Shown piece by piece: positions 1-13,433 of a stretch of DNA of 64,000 nucleotides. The DNA comes from Octopus vulgaris (Eukaryota), in assembly GCA_951406725.2 (NCBI GenBank), contig OX597817.1, positions 120,094,001 to 120,158,000 of the forward strand. The letters run 5' to 3'. Under the pieces are notes generated by a model. The model did not search any database. It had not been told where the DNA came from and saw nothing but the letters and a program-made list of their open reading frames with translations. Both the position numbers and the translations under genes were made by a program. Within the stretch, counting starts at the first letter, position 1. Each line of letters begins with the position of its first letter.

Positions 1-217
1 CTCTATGATACTGAAATTTGAATACTGTACCATTCCCATACTACAAGTGCTTAATTTTTTACAGATGCCTTGCCTAAGGTTAGATTCTAAGAGGCATTCT
101 AGACTTCCCAAAAGAGAATTTTTGAGATATATACCAAAGTACCCACTTAACTTAATCTGGAAGTAAATCAAACTTAAATATATCAAAATAATATTAACAA
201 TTCAACCTTAAAGAACT

Positions 218-429
218 TTAATCTTTTAGCATACATATTACTCAGTGAAATGTAATGCTTATGTATTCACATTGTTTCAAATTAATCATGCATTATTTTG
301 TAGATTCACGAATATGATGATGTGATTTTTGTTTATTTTCAAAATGATATTGCAGGATAGGTGTGAGAGGCTGTTTTGAACATAAACAGAAAATTTGACC
401 AGATATGCCCAGATATGCAAATGGATCAA
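218..429. mobile_element. Degenerate TTAA-type (piggyBac-like) MITE
   Basis: Starts ttaa-tctttagcat and ends gcaaatggatcaa, resembling decayed TTAACCCTTTAGC...GCTAAAGGGTTAA ends. Family identity is recalled, not searched. Confidence 0.35.
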
Positions 430-844
430 CGATTAAAATATATTCTGAAGCTATCAATAGTTCATTAAAACTATTTAACTGCAGTGATATATCAACATTT
501 ATAATTAAATAATGATGCATAAATAATGAATTCCAGATTTTTGCAGTATGGCATAATTGTGTCAGTTACAGCCTCCTTATCTGAAAAGAAATTATCCTTA
601 AGATCTCAGAATATGATCAACTTGGTGATGAAATAGTCATTATTTATTAATGTTATTCTTCAAATTTAAAGTTAGACTCATTACTATATAATGGCAAATG
701 ATGGCTATTTTCATTGGTTCACGAAAAGCTCCAAGGTTTTCATACACATTACATTTGCCAATACAAAGAGAGGTTAGGAAGGGTTAAATTTCAGCAGCAA
801 CTAATACTGTAGACAAAAAGAAGAACCTCAATGGTAATGTCGAG

Positions 845-846
<2 letters not shown>

Positions 847-892
<46 letters not shown>
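847..892. repeat. (ATT)n microsatellite
   Basis: Perfect trinucleotide run, with a second run at ~1079-1111. Confidence 0.95.
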
Positions 893-893
<1 letters not shown>

Positions 894-1078
894 GCTTACA
901 ACAATGTGATTATTCATTATTAGCATCATCTCCATTACTACCATACTGCTGATAATTGCGTAATGTTCATAACATAAATATTTGCTGCTGCTTATGTGAT
1001 AACTCTACAAATAATGATGACAAAATCATCTTAAACAAGCTAATTAATTACCTTACTGACATCACCATCATCATCATG

Positions 1079-1117
<39 letters not shown>

Positions 1118-1229
1118 ACACGTGTTTATTTTACAATTTCAGTATTCATATATTTCTTAAATGAAAATCTTGGATAGTCATATCTAAAGCATTTCAATAT
1201 ACTAGCTAACAAATCATATATAACTAAGA

Positions 1230-1402
1230 GACTGTACACAGTCATTTGACCTACAAGAAATAGAAGCCACATCTAGAAATCATGCACTCACATTATAAGA
1301 AAACATGTAAAGCCACACCAGGAACGATGGAATGGTTAGAAGTGAAATGTATTTTAACATGAATTTATTCAGTCAAGGTTGACTGAGGCCTAAACAACAA
1401 CT
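1230..1402 (+). mobile_element. Old SINE 3' fragment
   Basis: gacctacaagaaatagaagcc...ggcctaaacaacaac tail. A possibly related antisense remnant lies at ~12560-12770. Confidence 0.35.
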
Positions 1403-1717
1403 CACTCATTTAAAATCTTAGGGAATATTCAGCTTTTTAAAAAAATCAAACAAATCTATCAACAAAAACAAATATCTCATCCCTTACTGCAAATGAAATT
1501 TGTTTTGTTTTAATTAAATAAATGAAAAGAGAGTACATGCAAGAAAGAGAAAACAATAAGTCACTTGCATTAAACAATATAATCTTATTTTTTCTCACAA
1601 AGAAATGCAACATATATCCATTTATGTCTATTTAGTTTTTAATAAATTATTGCGACATATTTTATAGGATATTTGAAGATACTTGGTTTTCTTGTCTAAT
1701 TATAAATCATACATATT

Positions 1718-1995
1718 TCTTTTACATGTTTCAGTCATTGGACTGCAGCCATTCTGGGACAGCAACTTTGAAGGATTTTACTCAAACAGATCTTACTTTT
1801 AAGTCTAGTGCTTATTCTATTGGTCTCTTGCCAAACTGCTAGGTTACAGTGACATAAACAAACCAGCACCTGTTCTCACAAGGCATTGGACAATCTGAAA
1901 CTATAGTAAAAAACACTTTCCCAAGATGATATGTAGTGGGATGGGACCAAGAACTATGTAGTTACAAAGCAAGCTTCTTACCCACACAATGACAT
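1718..1995 (-). mobile_element. Degenerate SINE, family A (as 22096, 29787, 43111)
   Basis: Shares tgtttcagtcattggactgcagcc, cttattctattggtctctt and ctatagtaaaaaacactttcccaag blocks with the 29787-30200 copy. Confidence 0.8.
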
Positions 1996-4496
1996 CTGTA
2001 CATTGTCTAATTATGAATTATATATATATGCTACTTATATTTAGAAACAAAATTATCTGGATAAGGTTATTGTTTTCAAAGTTAGTGTAGATTCATAGAC
2101 AATGCTGGAGGTAGTTCGATTGCTTGTATTTTCATAATAATAATAGTATTATAACAATTGTCATGGTAACATTCCTTTAAGTATGAAGGTGCATAATGTC
2201 TTTATGAAACATTTTGAAGAAATATAAATCTTCATAAAAGCCACTCGACTGGATGACCTTCACTTGAAGCCGATAGAATTCCGAAAGCTAAAGCATCATT
2301 AGAAAGTCTTCAAAATGAAAATCCACTGTGGCATGCAACTCCTCATCAATTTTGTTTGATACAGGGATTCCACATAAAACATTGCAAGACTTTTGTCTAA
2401 TGTTGTTTACCAAAAAAAAAAAGACAAAACTTTATAAAACAAAATAACAGAGGAAGTAAATGAATTTACTGAAGGTAAACAATGAAATGTTGATGGCAAT
2501 TTAAAATAACATATATAACAGAATAAAAGTAAAGGAAGCATGATCCTAAACTTAATTAGATCAACAATAAACCCCATTTTTACAGTCTAGCTTTGATACA
2601 ATGCATTCAGTTGAATGTTTTCTTTACTGGGTGTTATGAGGCAAATTAAAACTTGCAATAATTTTGGCTATTCTATACCTTATATATTCTATGAAATATG
2701 CTTCAGAATCGAATTTTTTTAATAATACATTTTGACCCTTGTTTATGTAATCTCTAAGTAAAAAAAATTGAATACAATTTTAAAATGAAGGAATACTAAT
2801 TTTATACCTCACTGAAACTGTAATAAAAGAAATGATAATGATCAAATAACAGGAATATAATGAGGTTCTAAAATACAAAGTAAAATTTTATGATGCCTTG
2901 TATTCAGATAATAAAAGTATATTATAATGGAATTTGCTAGTTTCCACAAGAACTAATACATATTAATTTCCATTCACTAACTCAAAACTTGCACTGAATA
3001 ACTACTATGAGGTGTATAATAACTCGAACTATTCAGGAGATACAGAGATTCATAATAATGAAAATAATAAAAAAAAAATTATGATTAGCTATTAGAAGCA
3101 CAAACAGAAATAGGTAAATTGAGATTAAATAAACTACTTTCAATGAGGGTACCCAGCTATAACTATGCAAATATTATTTTTAAAATATTCAGAAAACTAA
3201 TGGCTATTTTACTTCTATATGTATTAAGGCATGAAATAACAAAGTATTTACATAATTTAAATGATGTGTTGCTTGAAATAAAAACCAGCAATTGGCAAAA
3301 TACTGTATATATATATTACAGAGATGTACTTGCATAGCAAGTGACCTGATCTGAGGTCGAGTGCTGGAATGTGTGTTGTTGTATATATAAGCAAGAATAG
3401 ATTATCACACGAAAAATATTTTAACCAGTCGGATATCAGTCATACATTACTTTATTTTTAACTATCTACATTTTTCTCTGATCTAATGTTTAGGACACGG
3501 CCAAAACTTCTTACAGCAGAAGAATTATTTCCTGAGTTGATGAATGTGAGTTAAACTTACGAGATATGAATATTTCCAACTAATTAAATAAGGTCCAATG
3601 AGCATGAAAAGTTATCAGTTGAATTCCTAATCGAAAGCAACCACTGAACACAATGTCTTCTCAAGGATGAAAGATTGCTTCTGCCTTGAAGTCAATGCTT
3701 CATGAAAACTATCTTTCTCCTGGTTTCTGGGCATTAATTTGGCAGTATCCCTTAAATTTCTTAAGAACTATCAATACTTTAATGGTCTGATTTCAAACTA
3801 AAAGTAATTCTGTACCTCAGATATACTAAAATCAATTTTATTAGTATTTTAGTTTTAAATCCATGGATGTAATCTTTGACCCAATGCTATAATAAAATTC
3901 TTAAAAAGAGGTTTTCTGTCATTTCTTTACTTATATCTTGAAATTGATTATTCTGTAAATATATATCTCAGTATAAAATCTTTTATTATAAGAAAACTGA
4001 TGAAAAATGTACATGATCAAAGTTCTTAAAGCGAATTATGGAAATATACAGCACATACTAAAATGAAAATTTCTTTCAATTTTGCTGTTACAATCACATA
4101 AACTTAAATTTTGTTTTCCATGCCCAAGTCAAACACATTCATTTTATTTTTACTGGTTTCTGTCATTGACAATGGTCATGCCAGAGCACAGCATTTAGAG
4201 CTTTATTATTCTATATTTTAAACATGAACTAAGTTGATACTGCACCAGTCCAGTTTTTAACTGGCAGTACTGTGTAACACACACACACAATAAAAAGTGA
4301 TGACAAAGAAATATACAAGAATTATACTTTGAAATTCATTAGCTTATATCTGTTTCCACTATAAGATGCAGTGGACTCATATATTTGAGTGCCTTATTAA
4401 CACTTTATAGCTCCATCAGAACCTCAAACATGAAGTGCAATTTATTTGGGAAGACAATTACATTTATTTATTTATATATATATGTATAATAATAAT

Positions 4497-4677
4497 CATC
4501 ACCATTTAATGTTTGATTTCCATGCAAGCATGGGTGGGATGGTACCACAAGAGCTGCCAGGCCAAAGCCTGCACCAAACTTCTGTGACTGTTTTGGCAGG
4601 ACTTTTCACCTGGATGCCCTTCCTAACACCAACCACTCAGCAGAGTGGACTTAGTGCTTTTACATGCCACAAGCACG

Positions 4678-4708
<31 letters not shown>

Positions 4709-4890
4709 ACATACATACATAAACATATATGATGATGATGAACTTCTGAATAGTCTTCTTTTAACTAAATTCTTCAAACAAAGTATTGGCCATTCCAATG
4801 CTATAGTAGAACACATGTGCCAAAGATGCTATACAGCAAGAACAAATCTTGAACAACATGGTATTACAATACACAAACAAGCCTGTCTCT
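4497..4890 (-). mobile_element. Degenerate SINE/RTE-tail composite with (CA)n
   Basis: catc tail, ttccatgcaagcatggg and ggatgcccttcctaac motifs, then an antisense family-A-like head (gctatagtagaacacatgtgccaaag). Confidence 0.55.
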
Positions 4891-5261
4891 CTTAATATAA
4901 CATCATTATTCATGCTTTGTAAAACATTAACAATTTTACTGGTACATTATTTATTATTTACAGACATTTGTTACAGTTTGTTTTTAATATTTTATTCTAG
5001 TAAGTTCCAGGCAACATATTATTCTAATTTGATTTTCCAACTTATATTATGCTACTTCATTAAAAATCATATGTAATTGATGTTTCGGAGATGTACATGT
5101 ATATTTAAGACTATGACTCAGTTTTAGCAATTTCCCCTCTAATCATACCATTTCAAATCTTGTAAAATCTCAAAAGTTATATTTTTGTTAAAATTCTAGA
5201 TACAATTTACATAAATAAGCCCTTTAAATCTTTTCAATAATAATTTTTTTTTTCTTTGAAT

Positions 5262-5552
5262 GGATCCTGGGAAAACTGGTACTCTCTCAGTTATGACAAC
5301 AAGGGTTCCAGTTGACCTAATCAACAGCACAGCTTGCTCGTGAAATTGATAAGCGGCTGAGCATTTCACAGATACATGTATTCTTAACATAGTTCTCAAG
5401 GAGATACAGCACGACACAGAATGTGACAAGGCTGGTCCTTTGAAATACAGGTTCTACTCATTTTTGCCAGCTGAGTGGACTGGAGCAACATGGAATAAAG
5501 TGTATTTCTCAAGGACATAACATGCCACCAGGAATCAGACTCACAACTTTAC
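5262..5552 (-). mobile_element. tRNA-derived SINE, family C
   Basis: ctcatttttgccagctgagtggactggagcaacatggaataaagtg...caaggaca is shared with 25360, 26138 (sense) and 32630, 60960 (antisense). Confidence 0.7.
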
Positions 5553-8500
5553 AAGAGCTTCAAGCACACATAAAATTATACAAATAGTAACATGTAAATA
5601 CTGAATTATATCTTAAATGATCTTTAAAAAACACACACAAAAGAAATTTGTTGTATTTTTGGTTGTCTCACATTTTATTTTCCACATAGAACCTCTAATT
5701 TTATGAAAATTATAGAAAAAAACTCTTCCCTGTGCAGCATCCAACTTCAGAATTATATGATAGCCATTATGATTTTTACCCATTACATAATGCCATTTAT
5801 GCTCAATTGTACTACTTGATTCTTTTTTTCAACTAGCAATAACCACGCCTTGGATTTACCTCATTGGCCATGGTACTGAAACCAATCATTAACACACTTC
5901 TATATTGCACAGCCTAGTCGATTTGTTGATTATTTCAAATTTGACTAAATATTCCTAAAGCTTTTGCTAAATATATAGGATGGAGCTTTCCTCATTTTAA
6001 TAATACTGCTTATCAATGATTTCTCAAACAATACAGCTACATTTTATTGGCTCCACTTGTGTACATCTTCAAAAAAAAAAAACAGCTCACAAAAACACTG
6101 TTGAATAGTTATTCTTGGTGACATTATGAGCCAGAATACCTACATATTTTTCTCAATTGACAATAAATTACAATGATATTCATTATTGAAAATTCAATAT
6201 AAAAGAAACCCAATTACCATCATTTACACTTCATGTATACTTAACAATACGGACTAACACAGTAATAAAACTTTCCTTACATTTTGTAACCGATTAATGT
6301 GTAGTGTACATATGTATGGAAGTATTTGCGTACTTGTCATTATTTGTGATCATGTGCACTATGTACACTGAATTTAATATAGCCATACTGATGTTCAACT
6401 ATATTTTCTGGAAGTTCCAATTATTCCAATGTTGGGGATATATTTATCTTCATGCAAATAAATTTCCTCTGTTAAAACAATGAGGTAACCAATTAACTTT
6501 TCAGCTTGTAGCATCTGCTTAAGAATAGTAGAAACAGTTGTTCATTCATTTATCCAAACACAAAAATACAATTGATGCTTGTAAGTATATGCATGCTTTC
6601 TTCAAACATACATGGAAAATTTTAAATAGACATGTAGAGATTAAGTACCATTCTTTCAAGTAGATTTGCTCTAGAAATTGAAACACTGTAAATAATTATT
6701 TGATTATTATATCAACTAAATGAAACCAGAATCAAATATTTATAATAAAACAAAAGCTCAATCAATTAAAATGAAAACTAAACAATAAAATCATTTTAGG
6801 ACTTGTCACTGTAATAAAATTTATCTTAGGATTACATCAAACATTCTAGAAATGTTAGTTATTGATTTTAGATGTGAAATTAACCAAGGAAAATAAAGTT
6901 GAGATAAAAATAACAGAAGTCATTTTTTAACAATAAATGTTTGAAACAAAAAGCAAATATCAGTAAATCAAAGGTAGAAATAGTTTTGATGTCAGAAATG
7001 GAATTTATTTTATGCAACTTGGAAATATATGAATTGCTATCTCCTTCAGTTGAACTAACTTTCACTACATTAAATGATCCTATCAAGAAAGATATCCAGT
7101 TATTAATGGGAGAAAGAATACTTAAGAAAACAATGAATTTCTCAAACTGAATATAAGAATTTATTGTTCCATCTTTCCATTAATCTTCCCTGCCTACTCT
7201 TCCTGGGTAGGTTGTAAGGACAAAATCTTTAGTCACCTCTTTCATAGGGTCCTACCTGGAGCAACCACCATTACACTTCTGGTTAGATTCCCAAGCATGA
7301 TCAACTGAAACTATGGATAATATCCAACTATTTTATTCTCAGAATACCCTCAGGTCTGCTGCCACTAAGCTCAGTTTAAAGAACCCATCTTCAATTCTTT
7401 CCTATGATATTCTATTGTTGTTTATCAAATAAAGCAAATTCAATTTAAAAACACTAAATTACTTTTACTTAATTATTTTCAACTTTAAAATATCTCAAGA
7501 AATACATTTTTGAGTTTAACTAAGAAGTGCCGCAAAATCTTTTTGTTTTCTCGCACCAAATAAAAGGCAAATTTCACTAAGAATTGCCAGCACATATCAT
7601 TCAGTACATCACTACCTACACGAAATATCAAAATTCATGCCATTCACCAACTTGGGTCTTTTCTTTCTTTTTGTATCTGTTATATCACAATACTACACAG
7701 TGGCTGTGTGAGCATCTCATCCTCATTGCCACTGTTATATTGTACGTTCAGATGACCTCTACTCAACTCCCGATGTCTAGGCCTCTCCCTCTATATATAC
7801 GTATTGGGCTAGCCTACTTCATCGTCTGGGGGCGTCCACACAACAGTATCTTAGCTCACAAAGGTAAAAAATGAATTATTAGTTCATTATACATTGAAAC
7901 ACATTCAGTACATCTCACCCATGTCACTATTTATTTATTTTTTATGAAAGCTTTATCTAGTTTCTAGACCTGAAACACTATGGCTAAAACAATATCGACT
8001 TCAACAATTACACAATTTACAAGAATGTAATCTTAACATGGTTACTTCATTTTTACATAAATTTCTGTAATATCTTTGCTTCTTCTTTTCATTTTAGTAG
8101 TCTGTTATCAAGTAACTAATATCAGTATTGTATAAGGCTCCCTATCTATTCTAGTACTTAATCTGTTAAAGATCATGTATGGTTTCTTCTGTATTTGGGA
8201 CCATTTCATATCTCTCAATAGCACCATATTTTGTAGCTGATTATTGATTTTAAATGCAGTAACTCTTGAATACCTGCTGAAATCAAATCTGTATCTCTAC
8301 TACTTCAAAGGCCTTTTCATTATCTTATTTCCTTATACATGATGCAATTTATTCAAGAAAGTACATTTATATTTCTCCTGATTAGTGAGATAGATACTGA
8401 AACAGCAATATCACATTAAGCATTTCAATTTGAAATAGGAACATTATATTTAAGGTAATCCATATAATAAATATGACAAAAACGAGTTAATCCAGCAAAC

Positions 8501-9252
8501 ATCTATACTGATGTGAAGAGAAATTTTCAGATATTTCATAAACTAAAGCTAATCCTATATACCGTGTGTGTGTGTACACATTTCTTCCTATGTGTGTGTG
8601 TGATTATTAACACCTGTGTACTAACTACCACTTACCAAACTAAGGAAACTAATTGAAACAAAAATTTAATTTCTGACAAACTATTCAAAGTTTGGAGTTT
8701 ATGTTTCACATAATAATTAATTATACTTTAGCAAAATATTTTTCTCATGGCAAAAAGCTAGTTATCATTTGCAATTGATAACAAGAGATAGTATAATAAT
8801 GTAAATAAAAATATTACAATGCAGAAAAACAAAAGGATTTCAATGTGTGATAATTGTGCCTGATATTCTCAAATGATGCTTCATCACAAAAGCTGCTACT
8901 TAAAACAACCATTTAAAATGATGATCAAAGTGAACATTGTGTTGAAAAGAAAACCTGGTTTCTCAAGTAAAATGGAGAGAGTATATAGGCTACTAATTAC
9001 ATTCATACTAAAGTCAGAGCATTTAATTATAATGACTGCTGTGGTCGATCACAAGTAAATAATTTCATAAAAAGTCTTATTTCCTAAAGGAAATACTATT
9101 TGGAAGAAGAATTGATATAGAAGGAACATCTTCCATATTAGTTCTATTTTCATTTAATTTTCATATATTTTCAATGTGATTTTGAATAGAAGATATTCAA
9201 CTTCATTTTTCAATGCTATGTTGAAAATACAATAAAATGTACAGATATTATC

Positions 9253-9738
9253 ATGACCAATGTGTGACCAAAATGTTATTTTGTACCAAAATTTGCTTTA
9301 CTATGCCGTGAGCTTCAATTACATATACAAATACAATAGCAAATGCTACAGAGTTGTTATGTGATATCAAAGATACTACATAGTTTACGATGTATTTCAA
9401 CAATTATTATTCAATTCTTATTCATCATTATTTCAACTAAATTAATAACTATTACAACTTCATGTTAAGAATTACCTAATTGTATTTACATTTCTTAAAT
9501 CTTAAAATAAAAAATGGCAGCAAATTTTAACCAGCTAACACTATTGATTCTTTCACTGATTTCCATGTTGTAGAAAATGTTGCCTATCAAGACATAGAGT
9601 TTGAAAGAAATTGTAAATATTGTAAAAATCTATTTTGCTTTTGGCTTGCTCTAAATATATGACCAATGTGCAACCAAAATGTTATTTCATACCAAAACTT
9701 ACTTTATTATGCTGTGAGCTTCAATTACCTATACAAAT
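9253..9738. repeat. Diverged 80 bp direct repeat (9253-9332 and 9659-9738)
   Basis: atgaccaatgtg..ccaaaatgttattt...gtgagcttcaattac.tatacaaat occurs twice, with about 9 mismatches by eye. Confidence 0.85.
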
Positions 9739-11149
9739 GAAAACAGAAATAATACTGCTAAACTGTTTGATAATGATACATGTTACTTTTGTTGTTGTAT
9801 TAATTGCAACTGAAAAAGAGATTACTATACACAAATGTTTTGTTATTATAAGATGTATTGATAGTAGCTTATCACATTATTTTTTTCCACTCAAGAAATA
9901 AAATTGCAAAGAAAAATAAAACAGCTATAAACAAGTGTTGTTGCATTGAATTAAATGATCATCTTAAGTTTTGTTATTGCCCATTCTAGCTATAAAAGAA
10001 AACAACACTCCAGAAAAAACAAATACAGTAAGGAAATTATGTTATCTATAAAATATATTTAGTTTTCCAAGCTCAATATTTGTCAGTGAGCAAAACTACT
10101 TATAGGTCAATATTACTTTATATTATTTTTGTGTGTAACAAAAAAAGAAAATAAGTAATTTAATAATGTTCACATATAGGTATATTATTTAACTTTTGTT
10201 TTTTATCTCATTGTAAAAGTATGGCAGGAAAATACTAATGAAAAACCTTTTGTTTTGAAGATTAGAAGAGATCCAATTGACTTTATCTTCAGCAGTTTTT
10301 TTCCCTTGTCAGAGATAATTGTCATTAAAGTTCAGATTGATACACTCTGAAAACTATTTCCAGACTTTATCCTGACACTTAAATGTTGTTGTTTCTCGAG
10401 ATAAAAGTTTTATAATAAACGGTTTTGCACTTTTTATTAAATAAATACTGGCTGCTAGCAACAACAATGAATTATTTAGGCTAATCGAAAACAATAACAG
10501 AGAATAAATCTATTTCAGTAATAATAATAAGATAGATTAATGATTTTTTTTTTACTAAATGTTTGTATTCAAGCAGGAAACCAGTCAAATTTTTGTACAA
10601 TGACAGATTATATAATGCAGATTATTTGCATATTTGGAAAGTTGAGAATGTGGACATTGCCTTTTATTGATAGACTGTTTTCCAAGAATTAATTATTGTG
10701 GATGTATATTATATGTTCTTCATCATGGAAGAACTAAATACACTAAAAGCATGATTTTGATAACTGATCCTTGATTCTTTAATCCCGAAGATTATCAGCA
10801 GATATAAGCTAATAACAGTGCATCTGTGTTTCATAAAGTAGACTGAGTAATATATAGAAAAATGGAGGGACAAATCTCTTTGTGCAATCAAATTGTAATA
10901 ACAGTGCTGGAATTCATATGATTGCATTTTCTATCATGAGTAAAAGTACTCAATTGGAATTTGAGGTTTGTAATCACTTACGAAATGTTTGATTTTGAAT
11001 TTAACTTATTCCGTTACCAAAATTTAATGCTTACAGCAAGCAAGTATTAGGTGAATGTTCTCTACTGCATTTCTATATTTAATGATTCTATATTACTTTC
11101 TCAGCATGGATCATCTAGTTGTATAATATATCTATGAAGATGTAACCAT

Positions 11150-11480
11150 CCTTCTAGCACACATCAGTCAATGCTTTTGATCCAGCTGCTTTCTTATCTC
11201 ATTGTTTTCAGGCTTTCTCTTAGATTAATGTTGTATATCAAAGATTATAACTCCCTATCTGCATTCATTGTTCATAATTTACTGCCATACAGCATCATAC
11301 TTGTATGCCTCATAAAATATGCTTTCCACAAAGGGAGAGAAACTCAACAGAGGTACCAGTTTCCCAAATTTTATCCATCATATTTTAATCCTATTTACAA
11401 GATATTATAAAGCCACCTGCAGAACTAATTATATTGCCTAAATAGATGAAATGATGTACAACTTGCAGTGATGTGTCCCT
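11150..11480 (-). mobile_element. Decayed RTE-clade LINE RT C-terminal fragment
   Basis: Antisense translation SLQVVHHFIYLGNIISS...WIKFGKLVPLL...MMLYGS aligns by eye with the RTE fragment at 37820-38050. Confidence 0.65.
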
Positions 11481-11545
11481 TCAGTCATTAGAATTATTTC
11501 ATAGCTAACAACTTCTCTTGTGCATTGAGCCAACAAAATAACCTG

Positions 11546-11586
<41 letters not shown>

Positions 11587-13138
11587 GGTTGATCTGCTAC
11601 AATGAGCAATCAGACCTCTCTTAAATTATACACTACCTTTTAAAGAAAGGTAAGACATAGACATATAATATAGTTGTATGTACATTATCAATGAAACTAA
11701 AAGACTTGAGTGTTGCAAACTGGAAATGTTGTTGTTTATAGGCATACTTAATCAGGGATAGCATGACACTAAATAACAACAACAATACTAGTGCAATTAG
11801 TGTATCTGAAGGTTTGGTCAGTCTTATAGTCTTATAGACTTTTTCTATTGCATTTATACAGTTGTTTATTGATAAACTGAAATAAGCATGTTTCAAAAAG
11901 CTTTCATATGCACTTTTGATGAATTTTTCATGAGAATTCTGGTGACATCAAAAACTTAGTTTATAAAATGAAAATAAATGTGCTGCCAACACTTACAGCC
12001 TTTGCTTTGAAAGATTATTATATTGTTACAGCTGTAAGTATTAATAGTCAACCAAAATACCTTTTAATGTTTGATATTGACTATATTTTTGCTTGAACAG
12101 TGTTAAAAAATTACTTCCCCTTTATTCCAGCTTTCATCAAGCTAAATTTGTTCATATTTAGTTGAAAGGGGAGACATAATACTCATGACCTTTGCTTTCC
12201 TCTTAAATAGATACAATCAGTACAAAAAAGATATAGGTTGAGCCTTGCATGGGAAGATGGAATGAGAAGGCATTCTAGAGAGAAAACATTAAATATTAAA
12301 TATGAAAGTTTGTTGGGTGGCACTGCAATGCTGATGTTAGAAGTCTAGATTTATATCTAAATTATGCCAATGTGGGAAATGGGTGAGATTATCTGCATTT
12401 GAGTATAGGCAGTTATAAAGTAACAATAAGAATCCATAAAATGGGTTAAAAGAGAAGAGAGAGAGAGAAAGAGATATTGCCCACATATGAGCAACTTTGA
12501 AATGAAGCTGTTTAACCCCAAGTCAGTCTTTATTGAGTATATCAATGGATTAATCCTTTTCGTGAATATTATCTAATGTATTCGTGAAGTATATTTGCCA
12601 CTTAAATGTGGCTAACCACTAAGGGTGCATGCTTCTGTAGCTTATACCTCGTTCAGAGATTTATTATGTAATGTATTCTTCTATTATAAAAGACGGTAGG
12701 GAATAATTGTCAAGAGACTTGACTGCTGGGAAGCTATGTCGAGGTTTCTTAGTTGGTCTGTCAGTTCTTGTGCCCAACAAAACTAAAAGCATTTTTCTGT
12801 GTCAAACGTAACAACATTGTTCTCATTAAAGGACTTTGGAGTAAGAGAACATTGGTGCATGATACAGAAGATTAAATCTCAGCTTGATTCATCTCAATAG
12901 TAAAACTACAATAACTAAAGTAAAGGAGATGCAATGGAATTTAAATTTAAAAAAAAAGATTACATATAACCATTTCCATAATCTATGTTTGAATTCATGG
13001 TGGTGGAGGAGGGATGAAATAACAATTAAGAATGAGAGGAGAAAGATGCAAATGTATAGGAGAAAAATCACAATTTTGAACTGTCACCTAAGCCTAGCAA
13101 TAACTTTTTGTACAATTAGATTTCTTAAGTAACCTTGT

Positions 13139-13433
13139 GGAGGCGCAATGGCCTAGTGGTTAGGGCAGCGGACTCGCGATCGTAGGATCGTGGTTTCGAT
13201 TCCCAGACCGGGCGTTGTGAGTTTATTGAGCGTAAACACCTAAAAGCTCCACGAGGCTCTGGCAGGGGGTGGTGATCCCTACTGTACTCTTTCACCACTC
13301 TTTCTTCTGTTGGCCTGCTCGCTTAGCCAGCGGGGTGGCGTCATTCGAAGGCTAAAACAATGCGAACGCATTGTGACCAGCGATGTGTAACTACATCTGA
13401 TGGACTGGTCGGTCACTTAATGATGGTGATGAT
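13139..13433 (+). mobile_element. Young full-length tRNA(Arg)-derived SINE with 10 bp TSD
   Basis: A box TGGCCTAGTGG, B box GTTTCGATTCC, TCG anticodon-like loop and (TGA)n-like tail. Perfect TSD GTAACCTTGT at 13129-13138 and 13434-13443. CpGs retained. Confidence 0.9.

Noticed and set aside
13139-13215. tRNA-Arg gene
   Set aside because: Poor acceptor-stem pairing, and the sequence continues into a SINE body with a tail and a 10 bp TSD.
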